A DNA stretch of 64,000 nucleotides from an uncultured Photobacterium sp. (lineage in GTDB: Bacteria; Pseudomonadota; Gammaproteobacteria; Enterobacterales; Vibrionaceae): contig NZ_CAMRAN010000016.1 in NCBI RefSeq assembly GCF_947039875.1, positions 3,592 through 67,591 on the forward strand, read 5' to 3'. Shown piece after piece: positions 24,877-35,862 of the stretch; positions within the stretch are counted from its first letter, which is position 1, and each line of letters begins with the position of its first letter. A program made the position numbers and the translations under genes. The notes beneath the pieces are model-generated. The model searched no databases, was not told where the DNA came from, and saw only the letters and a list, made by a program, of their open reading frames with translations.

Positions 24877-25674
24877 ATGGCATCTTCAATTAAATTTATC
24901 GCAACAGACATGGATGGCACGTTACTGAGTGATGACAAGGTACTTCCTGCTGATTTTTACGAAGTATTTAATCAATTGGATGCTAAAAATATTCTGTTTG
25001 CTGCGGCGTCTGGTCGGCAGTATCAGAGTTTAGCGAATACGTTTGAGCCAATTAAAGACAAGATGTTATTTATTGCTGAAAACGGTACGTTAGTGATGCA
25101 CCAAGGCAAAGAGCTTTACAGTTCAACTATCCCTACGCCTGAAATTCATGCCATCATTACTAGTATTAAAACGATTGATGATACCTTCATTGTTCTCTGC
25201 GGTAAAAACTCTGCTTATACTGAAACAACAGATGAACACGCGCTAGAAGAAATTAAGAAATATTACCATAACCTTGAATTCGTTAATGATTTACTGGCTG
25301 TTGATGATGAATTTATTAAGATTGCGGTACTTAACTTTAATGGTACCGAGGCGCTGGTATATCCTATTATTGCGCCGTTATATTCTCAAACTCATCAAGT
25401 AGTGATCAGTGCTAAAGTATGGCTTGATGTGATGCATAAAACCGCCTCTAAAGGTGCTGCGATTAAGGAATTACAACGTATTTTTGATTTTACGTTTGAA
25501 GAAAGCATGAGTTTTGGTGATTTCTTAAATGATGTTGAAATGCTAAAAGAAACCTATTTTAGTTATGCGATGGACAATGCGCATCCTGAAATAAAACAAC
25601 TAGCGCGCTTTCATGCACCGAGCAACAATGACCAAGGCGTAATGACCGTGATTAAAGAGAAAGTATTAAACTAA
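24877..25674 (+). CDS. Cof-type HAD-IIB sugar phosphatase
   Basis: FIATDMDGTLL is the DxD motif I, AASGR is motif II, and SFGDFLNDVEML is motif IV (GDxxND). Confidence 0.9.
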   Translation: MASSIKFIATDMDGTLLSDDKVLPADFYEVFNQLDAKNILFAAASGRQYQSLANTFEPIKDKMLFIAENGTLVMHQGKELYSSTIPTPEIHAIITSIKTIDDTFIVLCGKNSAYTETTDEHALEEIKKYYHNLEFVNDLLAVDDEFIKIAVLNFNGTEALVYPIIAPLYSQTHQVVISAKVWLDVMHKTASKGAAIKELQRIFDFTFEESMSFGDFLNDVEMLKETYFSYAMDNAHPEIKQLARFHAPSNNDQGVMTVIKEKVLN

Positions 25675-25803
25675 ATGTTGGGATAGAGTATTGATTTTAT
25701 TTAGATATTAACAAATTATTCAAACTGTTTTGATGATGATGTTTTTAAATATAATGAAGCAATACAGTGAGTTGTATTTGTATACTTAAATAAAGGAAAA
25801 GGA

Positions 25804-27189
25804 ATGTCACCTCAACGCATATTTGCCAGTGTTGCACTTGTTATTGCTTTAGGATCGCTAGAAAAAAGTATTGTTACTACACCATTATCTCTTATTGGCC
25901 AGGATCTCAATGCAGGACAGGCATTAACTTGGGTCGTAACGGCCTATTTATTAGCGGCAACTGCTGTCCTTCCTGTTTACGGTAAATTGAGTGATATTTT
26001 TGGGCGTGTAAAAATGCTCAACGTAAGTATTGTTTTATTTATGCTGGGCTCTATTGCGTGTGGTTTATCTGATACGTTAGGTCAATTAATTGCAAGTCGT
26101 GTTTTGCAAGGACTGGGGGGCGGTGGTTTAATTGCATTAGCCTTTACGGTGATCGCAGACAGTATTCCTGCTCGTATTGTAGGTAAATATCAAGGTTATA
26201 TTTCGATTGTTTATGCGGTATCCAGTATTGCAGGACCATTACTGGGGGGCTTTTTTGCAGAACATCTTAACTGGCGCTGGATCTTTTGGATCAATTTACC
26301 ATTAGGTTTACTGGCTTTATTGATGGTTAATCGTACTTTATCTCATTTAAGTAAAGGTCGAAAATCGCCATTTGACTGGAAAGGGGCGGCACTGCTTATC
26401 AGTGTGACGACACTGGTGCTATTACTGTTATCTCCTGAATCTCAACTTCCAATAGGTTGGGTGTCAAGTGCGTTATTGTTATCGCTAATACTGCTTTATA
26501 TTGTGGAAAAATTCGCGAAAGATCCAATCCTTCCTGCTCGTTTAGCGCGTTTGCCTGGTTACTTAGTTAGCGTGAGTTTAATTTTATGTTCACAGTTACT
26601 GATGTTTGCCGTGTTGGTTTATTTTCCTTTACAGCTTCAATGGCAAAAAGGATTAACCGCATCAGAGAGTGGACTATTTATGATGATCTTCATGTTTAGT
26701 ATTACAACCGGCGCATTTATTGGCGGCAAGTTAATCGCGCGTTGGGGTAATTATAAAATTTTCGTCATGCTTGGATTTTTCATGACAGCCTTGGCTTTAT
26801 GGCAATTACATTTTGATTTTGAAGTGAAATTAGCACTTATTTTTGCTGGTCTTGGATTGGGTTTCACATTGCCTGCTTTAAGTGTGGTTGTACAAAATGT
26901 ATTACCACCGCGAGATCGTGGTATTGGGATGTCATTGTTTAATTTTGGGCGTGAGCTAGGCGGTGCTATTGGTGTTGCTGTTTGTTCTGCGGTCTTCCAT
27001 TTCCAATTGCCTGATAATGTGTTGGCGAGTAGTCAAAATGGTTTAGCAGGGGTTGATTCTCGTCTGTTAGAGTCAGGGTTTACTTCGACTTATCTTATGA
27101 TGGCAGTAGTCGCCGTAATCGCCTTTATTTTGGCTGTATTTGCATTAAAAAAACGCCCATTATCAGATGAAGTTGAGTTAGATTCATAA
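25804..27189 (+). CDS. MFS transporter, DHA2 (14-TMS, EmrB/QacA-like) family
   Basis: The 461-aa polytopic protein has GKLSDIFGRVKM (MFS motif A) and LQGLGGGGL (motif C-like). Confidence 0.85.
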   Translation: MSPQRIFASVALVIALGSLEKSIVTTPLSLIGQDLNAGQALTWVVTAYLLAATAVLPVYGKLSDIFGRVKMLNVSIVLFMLGSIACGLSDTLGQLIASRVLQGLGGGGLIALAFTVIADSIPARIVGKYQGYISIVYAVSSIAGPLLGGFFAEHLNWRWIFWINLPLGLLALLMVNRTLSHLSKGRKSPFDWKGAALLISVTTLVLLLLSPESQLPIGWVSSALLLSLILLYIVEKFAKDPILPARLARLPGYLVSVSLILCSQLLMFAVLVYFPLQLQWQKGLTASESGLFMMIFMFSITTGAFIGGKLIARWGNYKIFVMLGFFMTALALWQLHFDFEVKLALIFAGLGLGFTLPALSVVVQNVLPPRDRGIGMSLFNFGRELGGAIGVAVCSAVFHFQLPDNVLASSQNGLAGVDSRLLESGFTSTYLMMAVVAVIAFILAVFALKKRPLSDEVELDS

Positions 27190-27389
27190 ATAAATCAGTT
27201 GTGGAATAATGTGATGCAAAGACTGAGAGTAATATCTAAATAAAGCGGGTTAATCACAGTATTATTATTCATGGGTGAATGTAGCCAACTGAAAGTGATA
27301 CAAATCTAACTATTGGGATTATTGAGTATCTCCTACAATTTGATAGGAGTAATGTCTTTACTTAAGAATACTACTATTCAGAGGTGATT

Positions 27390-27605
27390 ATGAGTTTGTT
27401 TTATGTTGATAAAAATGCGCAAGATAACGGCGATCATGAAATTCATACAGCAACATGTAGCCACAGCCCAGGTTCAAAAAATTGTGATGCGCTTGGTTAT
27501 CATACAGCCTGTAGTACTGCATTAGAGGCAGCTAAAAAGATATATCCTCAATCAAATGGTTGCTATTACTGCTCATATTCCAGCTATACATCTGAAAATA
27601 AGTAA
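27390..27605 (+). CDS. Small Cys-rich hypothetical protein
   Basis: A GAGGTG SD lies 5 nt upstream. MSLFYVDKNAQDNGDHEIHTATCSHSP...CDALGYHTACSTALEAAKKIYPQSNGCYYC has a Cys/His pattern suggesting metal binding. Confidence 0.5.
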   Translation: MSLFYVDKNAQDNGDHEIHTATCSHSPGSKNCDALGYHTACSTALEAAKKIYPQSNGCYYCSYSSYTSENK

Positions 27606-27787
27606 AATATTACTAGCGATGTGATAATGCAGATTATTACGTCGCTATTTTTTATCTGTAATTTACTTCCCCCCGAATTTCACCTTTGAACCTCATAACA
27701 TTAAATTAATTACTGATATTGACGCGCTATAATTACAATTTAGTGTAGTATTCAAATCATAGATAACGTCAGCGTTAAAGGGTTAAA

Positions 27788-28207
27788 ATGGAAATTGACT
27801 ATAAAGTTAATCATCCAATCACAGTACATCAATACATTGAATTAATGAACAAAATAGCATTAAATGAACCTCGAATGGTTGATGATGAAGCGGTTGTCCA
27901 AAGTATATTAAACAATAGTAATTTAATCGTCACGGCATGGGTTGATGAGCAACTTGTGGGATTGGCGCGTTCAATGACAGATTTCTATGCTTATTGCTAC
28001 TTATCTGATCTTGCGGTTGATGAAAATGTTCAATCGATGGGTATTGGTAAATATCTTATTTTAGTCACGGCAGAATCTGTGGCTGAGAGTTGTAAAATTG
28101 TTTCATTATCCGCGCCTGAAGCGGCAGGATATTATTCTAAAATTGGTTTTAAGGAACAGAATTGTACGTGGGCATTAACGGATATTAGTGAGTTAATATT
28201 ACCCTAA
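27788..28207 (+). CDS. GNAT-family N-acetyltransferase
   Basis: YLSDLAVDENVQSMGIGKYLI is GNAT motif A (Q/RxxGxG) and YYSKIGFK is motif B. Confidence 0.8.
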   Translation: MEIDYKVNHPITVHQYIELMNKIALNEPRMVDDEAVVQSILNNSNLIVTAWVDEQLVGLARSMTDFYAYCYLSDLAVDENVQSMGIGKYLILVTAESVAESCKIVSLSAPEAAGYYSKIGFKEQNCTWALTDISELILP

Positions 28208-28415
28208 GATAACAGTTATATTGATTCTTATGAGCTGTATATTATATAAAGTAATAACAATAGAGTAATAAGATGATCTGATTATTGTCTTGTCTATCTA
28301 TTGACCATGTTAGTAGAACAATGCAAAAAAATAGAGATTGAACTATCATATTACTTGCTATAAATCTGCATCTTGGTGTAATTTCTCACCACTATTTATT
28401 TTTGGAATAATGATC

Positions 28416-28988
28416 ATGCCAAAGGCTAGTGAGATTAAAAAATTTGCTGCTATTGAACTTAACGGTAAAGTAGCTTTAGTTAAAGAAATTACTAAGCTAA
28501 CGCCTAGTGGTCGTGCAGGCGCAAGTCTTTACCGTATGCGTATTTATGATGTTGCAACGGGCTCAAAATCAGATGTTAGCTTCAAAGCTGATGAAATGAT
28601 TACGTTGGCAGATTTCCGTCGTCAAAAAGCATCGTTCTCATACATTGATGGTGAAGAATATGTGTTTATGGATGATGAAGATTACACTCCATACACTTTC
28701 ACTAAAGAATCAATTGCAGAAGAATTACTGTTCATCACTGAAGATACTAAAGGTATTGAAGTATTGACTGTAGACGGTGCACCTGTTGCACTAGAACTAC
28801 CAGCAACAGTAGAGCTAACAATTGTTGAGACAGATCCGTCAATTAAAGGCGCATCTGCAAGTGCTCGTACTAAGCCTGCAACATTATCTACAGGTCTTGT
28901 TGTTCAAGTTCCTGAGTACATTGCAAACGGTGAAAAAATTAAAATCAACACAGCTGAACACAAGTTCATGAGCCGTGCTGATAAATAA
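28416..28988 (+). CDS. yeiP: Elongation factor P-like protein (YeiP/EfpL)
   Basis: The 190-aa product ([24 protein letters not shown]...[35 protein letters not shown]) has the EF-P three-domain pattern and YeiP-type length. Confidence 0.9.
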   Translation: MPKASEIKKFAAIELNGKVALVKEITKLTPSGRAGASLYRMRIYDVATGSKSDVSFKADEMITLADFRRQKASFSYIDGEEYVFMDDEDYTPYTFTKESIAEELLFITEDTKGIEVLTVDGAPVALELPATVELTIVETDPSIKGASASARTKPATLSTGLVVQVPEYIANGEKIKINTAEHKFMSRADK

Positions 28989-29078
28989 TAATTAGTTATT
29001 ATTGTCTTATAAAGCCAGTGTCGTTATGCGATGCTGGTTTTTTTATAATCGTCATAAACATAATGCATAGGGAATAAT

Positions 29079-29540
29079 GTGGTTCAGACAATAACGATTG
29101 GCGTAGCTAAAAAAGAAGATTTATACGCGGTCTATCAGTTAGAACAGCATTTGTTTGGTGATCATGGCTATCCTGATTTTTTTATTCGTCAGGCTTATGA
29201 TTGTTGGCCTGCTGGCTTATTAGTCGCTCGTGAACAGAATAATGTTATTGGCTATGTGCTGTGTGCACCTCAATTTAATGGTATATCCTTAAAGGCAATC
29301 GATGGCTGGATATTGGCATTAGCTGTCGATAGTAGTGTACAGGGACGTGGGGTAGGGAAAAAACTAATGCAAGAAGCTATGGCGGCACTTACTGGGTGTG
29401 AAAAACTGTGGTTAACAGTACATCCAGACAATCATGCTAAAAATTTGTATCAACAGCTCGGTTTTACAGATGTAGAACAAGAAAGTGATTATTTTGGTCT
29501 TGCTCAACCACGCGTAAAAATGGTGTACGAGGCGGTGTGA
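29079..29540 (+). CDS. GNAT-family N-acetyltransferase (RimI-like)
   Basis: LALAVDSSVQGRGVGKKLMQEA is motif A and LYQQLGF is motif B. The start codon is GTG. Confidence 0.8.
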   Translation: MVQTITIGVAKKEDLYAVYQLEQHLFGDHGYPDFFIRQAYDCWPAGLLVAREQNNVIGYVLCAPQFNGISLKAIDGWILALAVDSSVQGRGVGKKLMQEAMAALTGCEKLWLTVHPDNHAKNLYQQLGFTDVEQESDYFGLAQPRVKMVYEAV

Positions 29541-29570
29541 TCTGCGGTTACATAAAGAATAGATACAAAA

Positions 29571-29593
29571 AAAGGGTATTTAGAATACCCTTT
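29571..29593. terminator. Bidirectional Rho-independent terminator (GNAT gene / csp)
   Basis: The hairpin AAAGGGTATT-TAG-AATACCCTTT is flanked by an A-run upstream and T-rich sequence downstream. Confidence 0.6.
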
Positions 29594-29619
29594 ACTTCTT
29601 TCAACTGTCCGTTGAAAAA

Positions 29620-29829
29620 TTAAACGCGCTCAACGTTAGCAGCTTGAGGGCCTTTTTGGCCTTGCTCAACGTCAAAAGAAACTTTTTGACCTTCAGCTAG
29701 AGATTTGAAGCCTTCACCAGTGATAGCACGGAAGTGAACGAATACGTCAGCACCGCCATTGTCTTGAGTGATAAAACCGAAACCTTTCTCATCGTTGAAC
29801 CACTTAACGATACCAGTTGCTTTAGACAT
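29620..29829 (-). CDS. Cold-shock protein, CspA family
   Basis: [33 protein letters not shown] carries the RNP1 (KGFGFI) and RNP2 (VFVHF) motifs. Confidence 0.95.
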   Translation of the reverse strand: MSKATGIVKWFNDEKGFGFITQDNGGADVFVHFRAITGEGFKSLAEGQKVSFDVEQGQKGPQAANVERV

Positions 29830-30197
29830 GTTATGTCTCCTGAAATAATAAATTAATAGCGCACATTACGCTGTTTTACTTATGTACAAAAGAATAATGA
29901 AGCGCTTCAGGACAACTGTGAACATTTGAACAGTATATCGAAGTTTTCTCTTTCAATTTGTTGCATAAATAGGTCTTTAATAAAACCACGAGTATTAGGC
30001 CATTTTCACTTTAAAAGGGCAAGTTTCTCTTGTAAGAACAAGCTAATAATGTGACCACTTTAACAAAATAACATGTCACTAAATTATGCTACTGAGTGCT
30101 CATTGTGAGGGGGCGAGCGGCTAGAATTGGGTTTTTATTATGTATCGAATGATATTGTGTTTATTAAGCTTGTATGTCTGTTGTGAGCAAAGATAGA

Positions 30198-30218
30198 AAA
30201 GGGCCCAATGAGCCCTTT
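30198..30218 (-). terminator. Rho-independent terminator of the second csp gene
   Basis: AAAGGGC-N7-GCCCTTT is followed by TTTT on the minus strand. Confidence 0.55.
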
Positions 30219-30241
30219 AGTATTGCTACTGTTCAAGATTA

Positions 30242-30451
30242 TTAGACTCTTTCAACGTTTGCAGCTTGAAGACCTTTAGGACCTTGCTCTGTTTCGTAAG
30301 ATACTTTTTGGCCTTCAGCTAAGGTTTTAAAGCCATCGCCACTAATCGCACGGAAGTGTACAAATACATCAGCACCGCCGTCATCTTGAGTGATAAAACC
30401 AAACCCTTTTTCTTCGTTAAACCACTTAACGGTACCTGTTGCTTTTGACAT
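30242..30451 (-). CDS. Cold-shock protein, CspA family (paralog)
   Basis: [33 protein letters not shown] is 69 aa and highly similar to the 29620..29829 product. Confidence 0.95.
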   Translation of the reverse strand: MSKATGTVKWFNEEKGFGFITQDDGGADVFVHFRAISGDGFKTLAEGQKVSYETEQGPKGLQAANVERV

Positions 30452-30992
30452 GTTGTCTCCTGATCAATCTATTTTCACACGGTATGGCCAATATTTGATT
30501 ACGGAGCGATTTGAGTGTTGAACTCTGTTGCTGATCATGAAGATGACAGCGAAGATATCCTTGTTCAGATTGCTTTCATTGTAAATAAGTACTGGTCTAT
30601 TATGAAGATTAGGCGGTGATCGGTGATTTGCAAATCAAATTGATTATTTTTATGAAGAAAACATCATTATTGTCGTGTCATCATTATTTCTTTGGTCTTT
30701 CATCTAAATGTCTTTTTTATTAGTTATTATCTCAAATGTTTCTTGAACGAAATCAAAGCAAATTTAAATAAGAAAGGGCATAATTTAGCTAATGAAAGAT
30801 CTTTGAGCGTATGTTAACGCATCACCTAGATGATAATCTGCGGTTATTACTTGAGTTTACAGCAGATTTTCTGTTATAACGATTTTAGAAAAAAACTGAG
30901 ACTCGACGGTTATGTACTAGGAAGTGCATTTTTCCTAATTATTAGCATTAAATCAGTTTCACAAGGCTTTATTTTCAGACTAAGGACAAAAC

Positions 30993-31307
30993 ATGAACAA
31001 CATCCTTGAACTTGTTCGTCAGACTCGCCGTAAAAATAAACTTAAACGCGAGATCCTAGATAACGATCGTAAAATTCGTGATAACCGTAAGCGTGTAGAA
31101 TTATTAGAAAACATGCTGGATTATATCAAACCAGATATGAGTCACGATCAAATGTTAGAAATCATCGAAAATATGAAAGCTGATTACGAAGATCGTGTTG
31201 ATGATCATATCATCATTAGTGCGGAGCTATCTAAAGAGCGCCGTGACGTTAGCAAGAACGTTAAAGATCTTAAAAAAGCAGAAATTACAGCACACAAACA
31301 TAATTAA
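30993..31307 (+). CDS. yeeX: YeeX/UPF0265 (DUF496) family protein
   Basis: [46 protein letters not shown]...[22 protein letters not shown] aligns closely with E. coli YeeX as I recall it. Confidence 0.9.
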   Translation: MNNILELVRQTRRKNKLKREILDNDRKIRDNRKRVELLENMLDYIKPDMSHDQMLEIIENMKADYEDRVDDHIIISAELSKERRDVSKNVKDLKKAEITAHKHN

Positions 31308-31332
31308 TCTTATGTTTGTTGGTTAATGAAGG

Positions 31333-31361
31333 CCTGGGCTATAATTGCTCAGGTTTTTTTT
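31333..31361 (+). terminator. Rho-independent terminator of yeeX
   Basis: CCTGGGC-N7-GCTCAGG is followed by a run of eight T. Confidence 0.6.
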
Positions 31362-31601
31362 GCTTGTTTTTTATTCGGTATGTTTGAGGCTAGAGTAAAA
31401 AAGAATGACAAAGCATAAAAAGAGCCCGAAACTATTCCTGTATCGGGCTTAGGGGAATAGGCTCAGTGATGAGCCTTGCGCTAACTGGTTATATCTGGAA
31501 TGTGATTACACTATCAATATTAGCTCAGCTTTGATGATTTTCCAGTTTTTATGACTATTTTATCAATAAAGTTGTAGTTAACCCTAGTGCGTTGAATAGA
31601 A

Positions 31602-33050
31602 TTAAATATCAAACAAGTTAGTATCACGTACTAATTCACGAGGTAAACCATTTTTAATTCGATTCCCAACCCATTTACCGATACCAATAGGGTAGTCACG
31701 GTAAGTCACAATAACTTCGCCTTTACCTGTTAAGTTTTCTGGGCGGATATCACGCCCCATAAACCACTCTTTAGCTTGGGCAGCTGTTAATGCAATAGCA
31801 ACAGATTCTTGACCTGTCGCTAGTGTCATTATCGCCTCATGTTGCCAGCGATAACCTTTCTTATGTTGCTCTGCTAATTTAATACCGATACGTTGGAAAC
31901 GAATCTCACCAATTAAATGTTTTATTTGCGTTGGAAATAACCAAACTTCTTTATCTCGTAACCAAATATCACTGTTAGCCGATAAACTAATATTAAGATC
32001 GGTATTGAGTTGTTCAGCAATTAGTTGTTGTTCGTCGGTTTTAACTTGGCTAAAAGGAAATTTGCCCATGCGTTTTTTAACTGGATCGGTGTCAACGGAA
32101 GCATGCTTACGAATCCGTGCAACAAAGAAGCCTTCACTATCAAAAACCTGAGGATAAACGTGTAAGAAGCCTTCAGTCGTTAATGCCTTGGCTGCGCCTT
32201 CGAATAAATCCCCTAAAGATTCAAATTCAACCGCATCACCAAAGGTTTCTTTTAGGTAATGACAGACTTCTTGGTTTTCACGCTGGTTAAGGGTACAGGT
32301 TGAATACACCATAACACCGTCTGGTTTTAGTGCTTGGAATGCACTAACAATTAACCTGCGTTGTACTGCGGCAATTTCATCGATAGATTCAAGGCTCCAG
32401 TTTGCCATTGCGTCATCATCTTTACGAATCGCGCCTTCACCAGAACAGGGGGCATCGAGCAAGATTGAGTCAAACGCTTCAGGTGCCCATGTACCAAAGA
32501 CACAACCATCAAAGTGTGTTAAGGCCGCGTTATGGACGCCGCAACGCTGTAGGTTGGCGTGTAATACTTTAATACGGCTTGCAGCAAGTTCATTTGCTAC
32601 TAATGCGCCTTGGTTTTGCATCGTACAAGCAATTTGAGTTGTTTTAGAACCTGGTGCTGATGCCATATCAAGCACGCAATCAAGGGCGTGGTTGTTATCA
32701 AGTAAAGCGGTAACCGGCATCATTGAACTGGCTTCTTGAATGTAAAACAATCCAGCCATATGTTCGGCAGTGTTACCTAATGAAACGCTTTCTTCATCCT
32801 CACGTTTGATCCAAAAACCTGTATCACACCAAGGAACTGGGGTTAAGGTCCAATCTTTATCAGCAACGCGAGTAAGAAAGTCAGCCACACTTATTTTAAG
32901 TGTATTAACGCGAATGCTGCGACGTAGCGGCGTTTTACAACAGCTAATAAACTCATCAATACTCAGGTTTTCTGGCATTGTATGCTTGATGAGATCAATA
33001 AAAGCGTCAGGAATATAGATATTAGGATGCAAGGTAGCACTCTCTGTCAA
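31602..33050 (-). CDS. rsmF: 16S rRNA m5C1407 methyltransferase RsmF (YebU)
   Basis: The 482-aa product has the NOL1/NOP2/Sun motifs (DMASAPGSKTT, LLDAPCSGEG, VYSTCT). It is adjacent to letB as in E. coli. Confidence 0.9.
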   Translation of the reverse strand: MTESATLHPNIYIPDAFIDLIKHTMPENLSIDEFISCCKTPLRRSIRVNTLKISVADFLTRVADKDWTLTPVPWCDTGFWIKREDEESVSLGNTAEHMAGLFYIQEASSMMPVTALLDNNHALDCVLDMASAPGSKTTQIACTMQNQGALVANELAASRIKVLHANLQRCGVHNAALTHFDGCVFGTWAPEAFDSILLDAPCSGEGAIRKDDDAMANWSLESIDEIAAVQRRLIVSAFQALKPDGVMVYSTCTLNQRENQEVCHYLKETFGDAVEFESLGDLFEGAAKALTTEGFLHVYPQVFDSEGFFVARIRKHASVDTDPVKKRMGKFPFSQVKTDEQQLIAEQLNTDLNISLSANSDIWLRDKEVWLFPTQIKHLIGEIRFQRIGIKLAEQHKKGYRWQHEAIMTLATGQESVAIALTAAQAKEWFMGRDIRPENLTGKGEVIVTYRDYPIGIGKWVGNRIKNGLPRELVRDTNLFDI

Positions 33051-33188
33051 ACTAGCAATGTCGGGATTCTATACTAAATAGGAACAAATATATATCAGCT
33101 ATCAATGCTTCTAAGTTTGTTATAGATGAGGGCGGATTATCCGTTTTATATTGTGTACAAAAACCGTATTTATTTGCGTTAAGCGATC

Positions 33189-33216
33189 AAAAAAGGAGCA
33201 TCAGATGCTCCTTTTA
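33189..33216 (-). terminator. Rho-independent terminator of letAB
   Basis: The palindrome GGAGCATC-A-GATGCTCC is flanked by an A-run, which is a T-run on the minus strand. Confidence 0.55.
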
Positions 33217-33234
33217 TATAGGGTGTTTATGTGA

Positions 33235-35862
33235 TTATTTGATAGGAATAGCGGTGCGCCAATTTACCCATTGTGGATTAACTTCTTTATTAAGTAAAAA
33301 GTGTTTACCTTGTTTTGCCTGTGGTGCCAATGGCTGTGTCGCAGGCGTTGCAAATGAGATCCCACCGCGCAGTAAGCTATCAAACGTACCTGCTTTTACT
33401 TTTGCACCTGTAATGCCTACATCGACATTTAGGCCAGAAGTATTCCAGAATACGCTATTTGCACGAACAAGATGACGGTATTTTTGTTCGATTTGAACGG
33501 TAATTAATACCCGATCCGCTAATGCACCTAAAGTAACTTTGATGACTTGTCCGACTTGAATATCACGGTAAAGTAGTGGTGTACCTTCACTGATAGATCC
33601 ACGTTGTTCACTTTCAAGAATAAAGGTTTTTCCTGCATCAAATAATTCAGCAGAGCCTAATTTAAAACGATTAGCGCTGACTCCTTTTCCTGGTTGTACG
33701 GCAATATATGAGCTTAATAGTGAGTCTAAATTTTCACTACCACTTAAACTGATTTTTGGTTTTACAACCCAGAAGTAACTATCTTTACGCGCAACGATAT
33801 TGGCATACTGAGGGAATAAGCGCGCTTCTACAGTGACATTATTATGGTCAAAGTTTGGTTTGATATTATCCACTTTACCAATGATGACACCTTGATATTT
33901 AATCGCGGTTGATTTTGATATCGAACGGGCATCATTAGCAGTTAATGTGATCATGACACCAAAATCTTGCGCATCACTTAAACTTGAGTAAAGTTTATAA
34001 CTATTACCAGAACGATTAACCACACCTTTGATTGAATCAAACGCAATGCCACCTTTTAATAATGTTGATAAGGGATCTGCTTTGATTTTAACGCCGTTAA
34101 GCCCAGCTTCAACTTCTACACCTGAACGGTTCCAAAAGACGGTATTACTGTCGATTAGATGGCGGTATTGCTTTTGGATGTTGAGTTTAATTTCAACCCC
34201 TGAGGTTGTAAGTGAAAAACTGGTGATTTCACCTACTTGTAAATTACGATAAAGCACGGGGCTACCTTCAGAGATAGGTGGCAAGTTTTTCGTTACAAGT
34301 GTTAGTGTTGTAAATCCTTTTAATTTCTCATCAGCAAGTTTAGCTAAGTGTCTATTTTTAAATAGTGAATATTGCTTTTTTATGCCTGGTTTGCCACTTG
34401 CAGTAAAGCTTATTGCACTGCTTATTAGTTGATCTGCTGCGGGAATCGAAACGTCGACACCGTTATTACTGATATTGGCTTCAATGCCGCCATCAATAAA
34501 GAAACGACTGTGAGAGCGAACTAAATGGGTATATTGTGGTTGAATTAATGCATCAAATCGAACCTGATCACCATCGAGTTTTACTACGGTAATATGGCCA
34601 ACATCAATGCCACGGTAGCGCAGTGCTGTACCTGATTTTAAGCCATAGCTCTTGTCTGCAAAAAGAGAGAATACAGCAACGCCGGGTTGTTGTTCTTCAA
34701 GTGTATTTTTGGTAATAGCGGTAAAGTGACGGGCTTTTTTACCTTCGCCTGGAATTAAGCGTAAGTAGTTACCGCGTACAAGGTTGCCAATATTTTTAAC
34801 ACCAGAAAGTGAGACTTGTGCTTCTTCAAGTAATAATCGAGAACCGCTGTTGAGCAAATCACTCATGCTTGGCTCAATTGCAGCATGAGCAATAATTTTA
34901 TTGGTTTTATTATCCAACTTTAGATCGGAAATTTTACCAATCTGTAAGCCTCGATACATAATGGGCGCGCCTGCATTGCTGACGTCATTGTTATCAGGCA
35001 ATGTAATAGTGATCGCAATACCACGCCCAGCAGTATTAATATCTGGATAGAGATTAAATAAGTGCCCTTCATCAATCGGTTTGCCAGCATCAGGCGAATC
35101 AAAGGCAATGGCTCCGGCAATGAGTGCCGATAGACTTTCAAATTGAACATCAACACCATTAAAACCAATATTGGCATTTACACCGCTAACATTCCAAAAA
35201 CGACTTTTATTGGTGACTAAATTAGCATAACGTGGCTTGATAAGTGCATCTATTAAGACTTCTTTTTTATTAGCACTAAGTGTGTAGTTATAAATCTCAC
35301 CGACAGGGATCTTTTTATAAAAAATTTGGGAGCCAATACTTAAGGAGCCCAAATTAGGGGCTTTTAATTGCAGGGTTAAACCATTATGTGCTGGTAAGTT
35401 GGCGGGTTGATTTTCAAGTGCAGTAAACTTAGTCGCAAACTCACCAGAGCCAGGTTGAAGGGCAATGTAGTTACCAGATACAAGCGCATCTAATCCTGAA
35501 ATACCAGTAATGGATGCTTTTGGTTTTACTAGCCAAAATTGAGTATGTGTGTGTAACGTTTTGACCGCTTCAGGATAAATATCAGCAGACACATAAATAC
35601 TTTTAAGATCTTTAGATAATGTCACATCTCGAACGATACCGACTTCTAAGCCTTGATAACGAATTGTTGTACGGCCAGCAACTAAACCGACAGCATCATT
35701 AAAGTGAATTTGGATACGCTCGCCACCTTCATTAACCGCTTTATATAATAACCAGCCTGCGACAATAATGGCGAGAAGGGGTAATAACCATAGGGGAGAT
35801 AAGCCGCGATCACGACGGATATTAACCTGTTGTGGTTGTGTGTTATTTGGTTCGTTGTTCAT
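33235..35862 (-). CDS. letB: Lipophilic envelope-spanning tunnel protein LetB (YebT), multi-MCE-domain protein
   Basis: The 875-aa product has an N-terminal TM helix and then repeated MCE modules (recurring YRGL/I.VG.V motifs). Its size matches the 7-MCE YebT. Its start overlaps the end of letA by 20 nt. Confidence 0.9.
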   Translation of the reverse strand: MNNEPNNTQPQQVNIRRDRGLSPLWLLPLLAIIVAGWLLYKAVNEGGERIQIHFNDAVGLVAGRTTIRYQGLEVGIVRDVTLSKDLKSIYVSADIYPEAVKTLHTHTQFWLVKPKASITGISGLDALVSGNYIALQPGSGEFATKFTALENQPANLPAHNGLTLQLKAPNLGSLSIGSQIFYKKIPVGEIYNYTLSANKKEVLIDALIKPRYANLVTNKSRFWNVSGVNANIGFNGVDVQFESLSALIAGAIAFDSPDAGKPIDEGHLFNLYPDINTAGRGIAITITLPDNNDVSNAGAPIMYRGLQIGKISDLKLDNKTNKIIAHAAIEPSMSDLLNSGSRLLLEEAQVSLSGVKNIGNLVRGNYLRLIPGEGKKARHFTAITKNTLEEQQPGVAVFSLFADKSYGLKSGTALRYRGIDVGHITVVKLDGDQVRFDALIQPQYTHLVRSHSRFFIDGGIEANISNNGVDVSIPAADQLISSAISFTASGKPGIKKQYSLFKNRHLAKLADEKLKGFTTLTLVTKNLPPISEGSPVLYRNLQVGEITSFSLTTSGVEIKLNIQKQYRHLIDSNTVFWNRSGVEVEAGLNGVKIKADPLSTLLKGGIAFDSIKGVVNRSGNSYKLYSSLSDAQDFGVMITLTANDARSISKSTAIKYQGVIIGKVDNIKPNFDHNNVTVEARLFPQYANIVARKDSYFWVVKPKISLSGSENLDSLLSSYIAVQPGKGVSANRFKLGSAELFDAGKTFILESEQRGSISEGTPLLYRDIQVGQVIKVTLGALADRVLITVQIEQKYRHLVRANSVFWNTSGLNVDVGITGAKVKAGTFDSLLRGGISFATPATQPLAPQAKQGKHFLLNKEVNPQWVNWRTAIPIK

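Noticed and set aside
24447-24938. Minus-strand ORFs 24447..24749 and 24756..24938.
   Set aside because: They overlap the better-supported plus-strand micro-ORF, its terminator and the start of the HAD phosphatase. They have low-complexity sequence and no ribosome-binding sites.
33235-35862. Internal periodic repetition within the 875-aa ORF.
   Set aside because: It is explained by the tandem MCE domains expected for LetB/YebT and is not a separate repeat feature.
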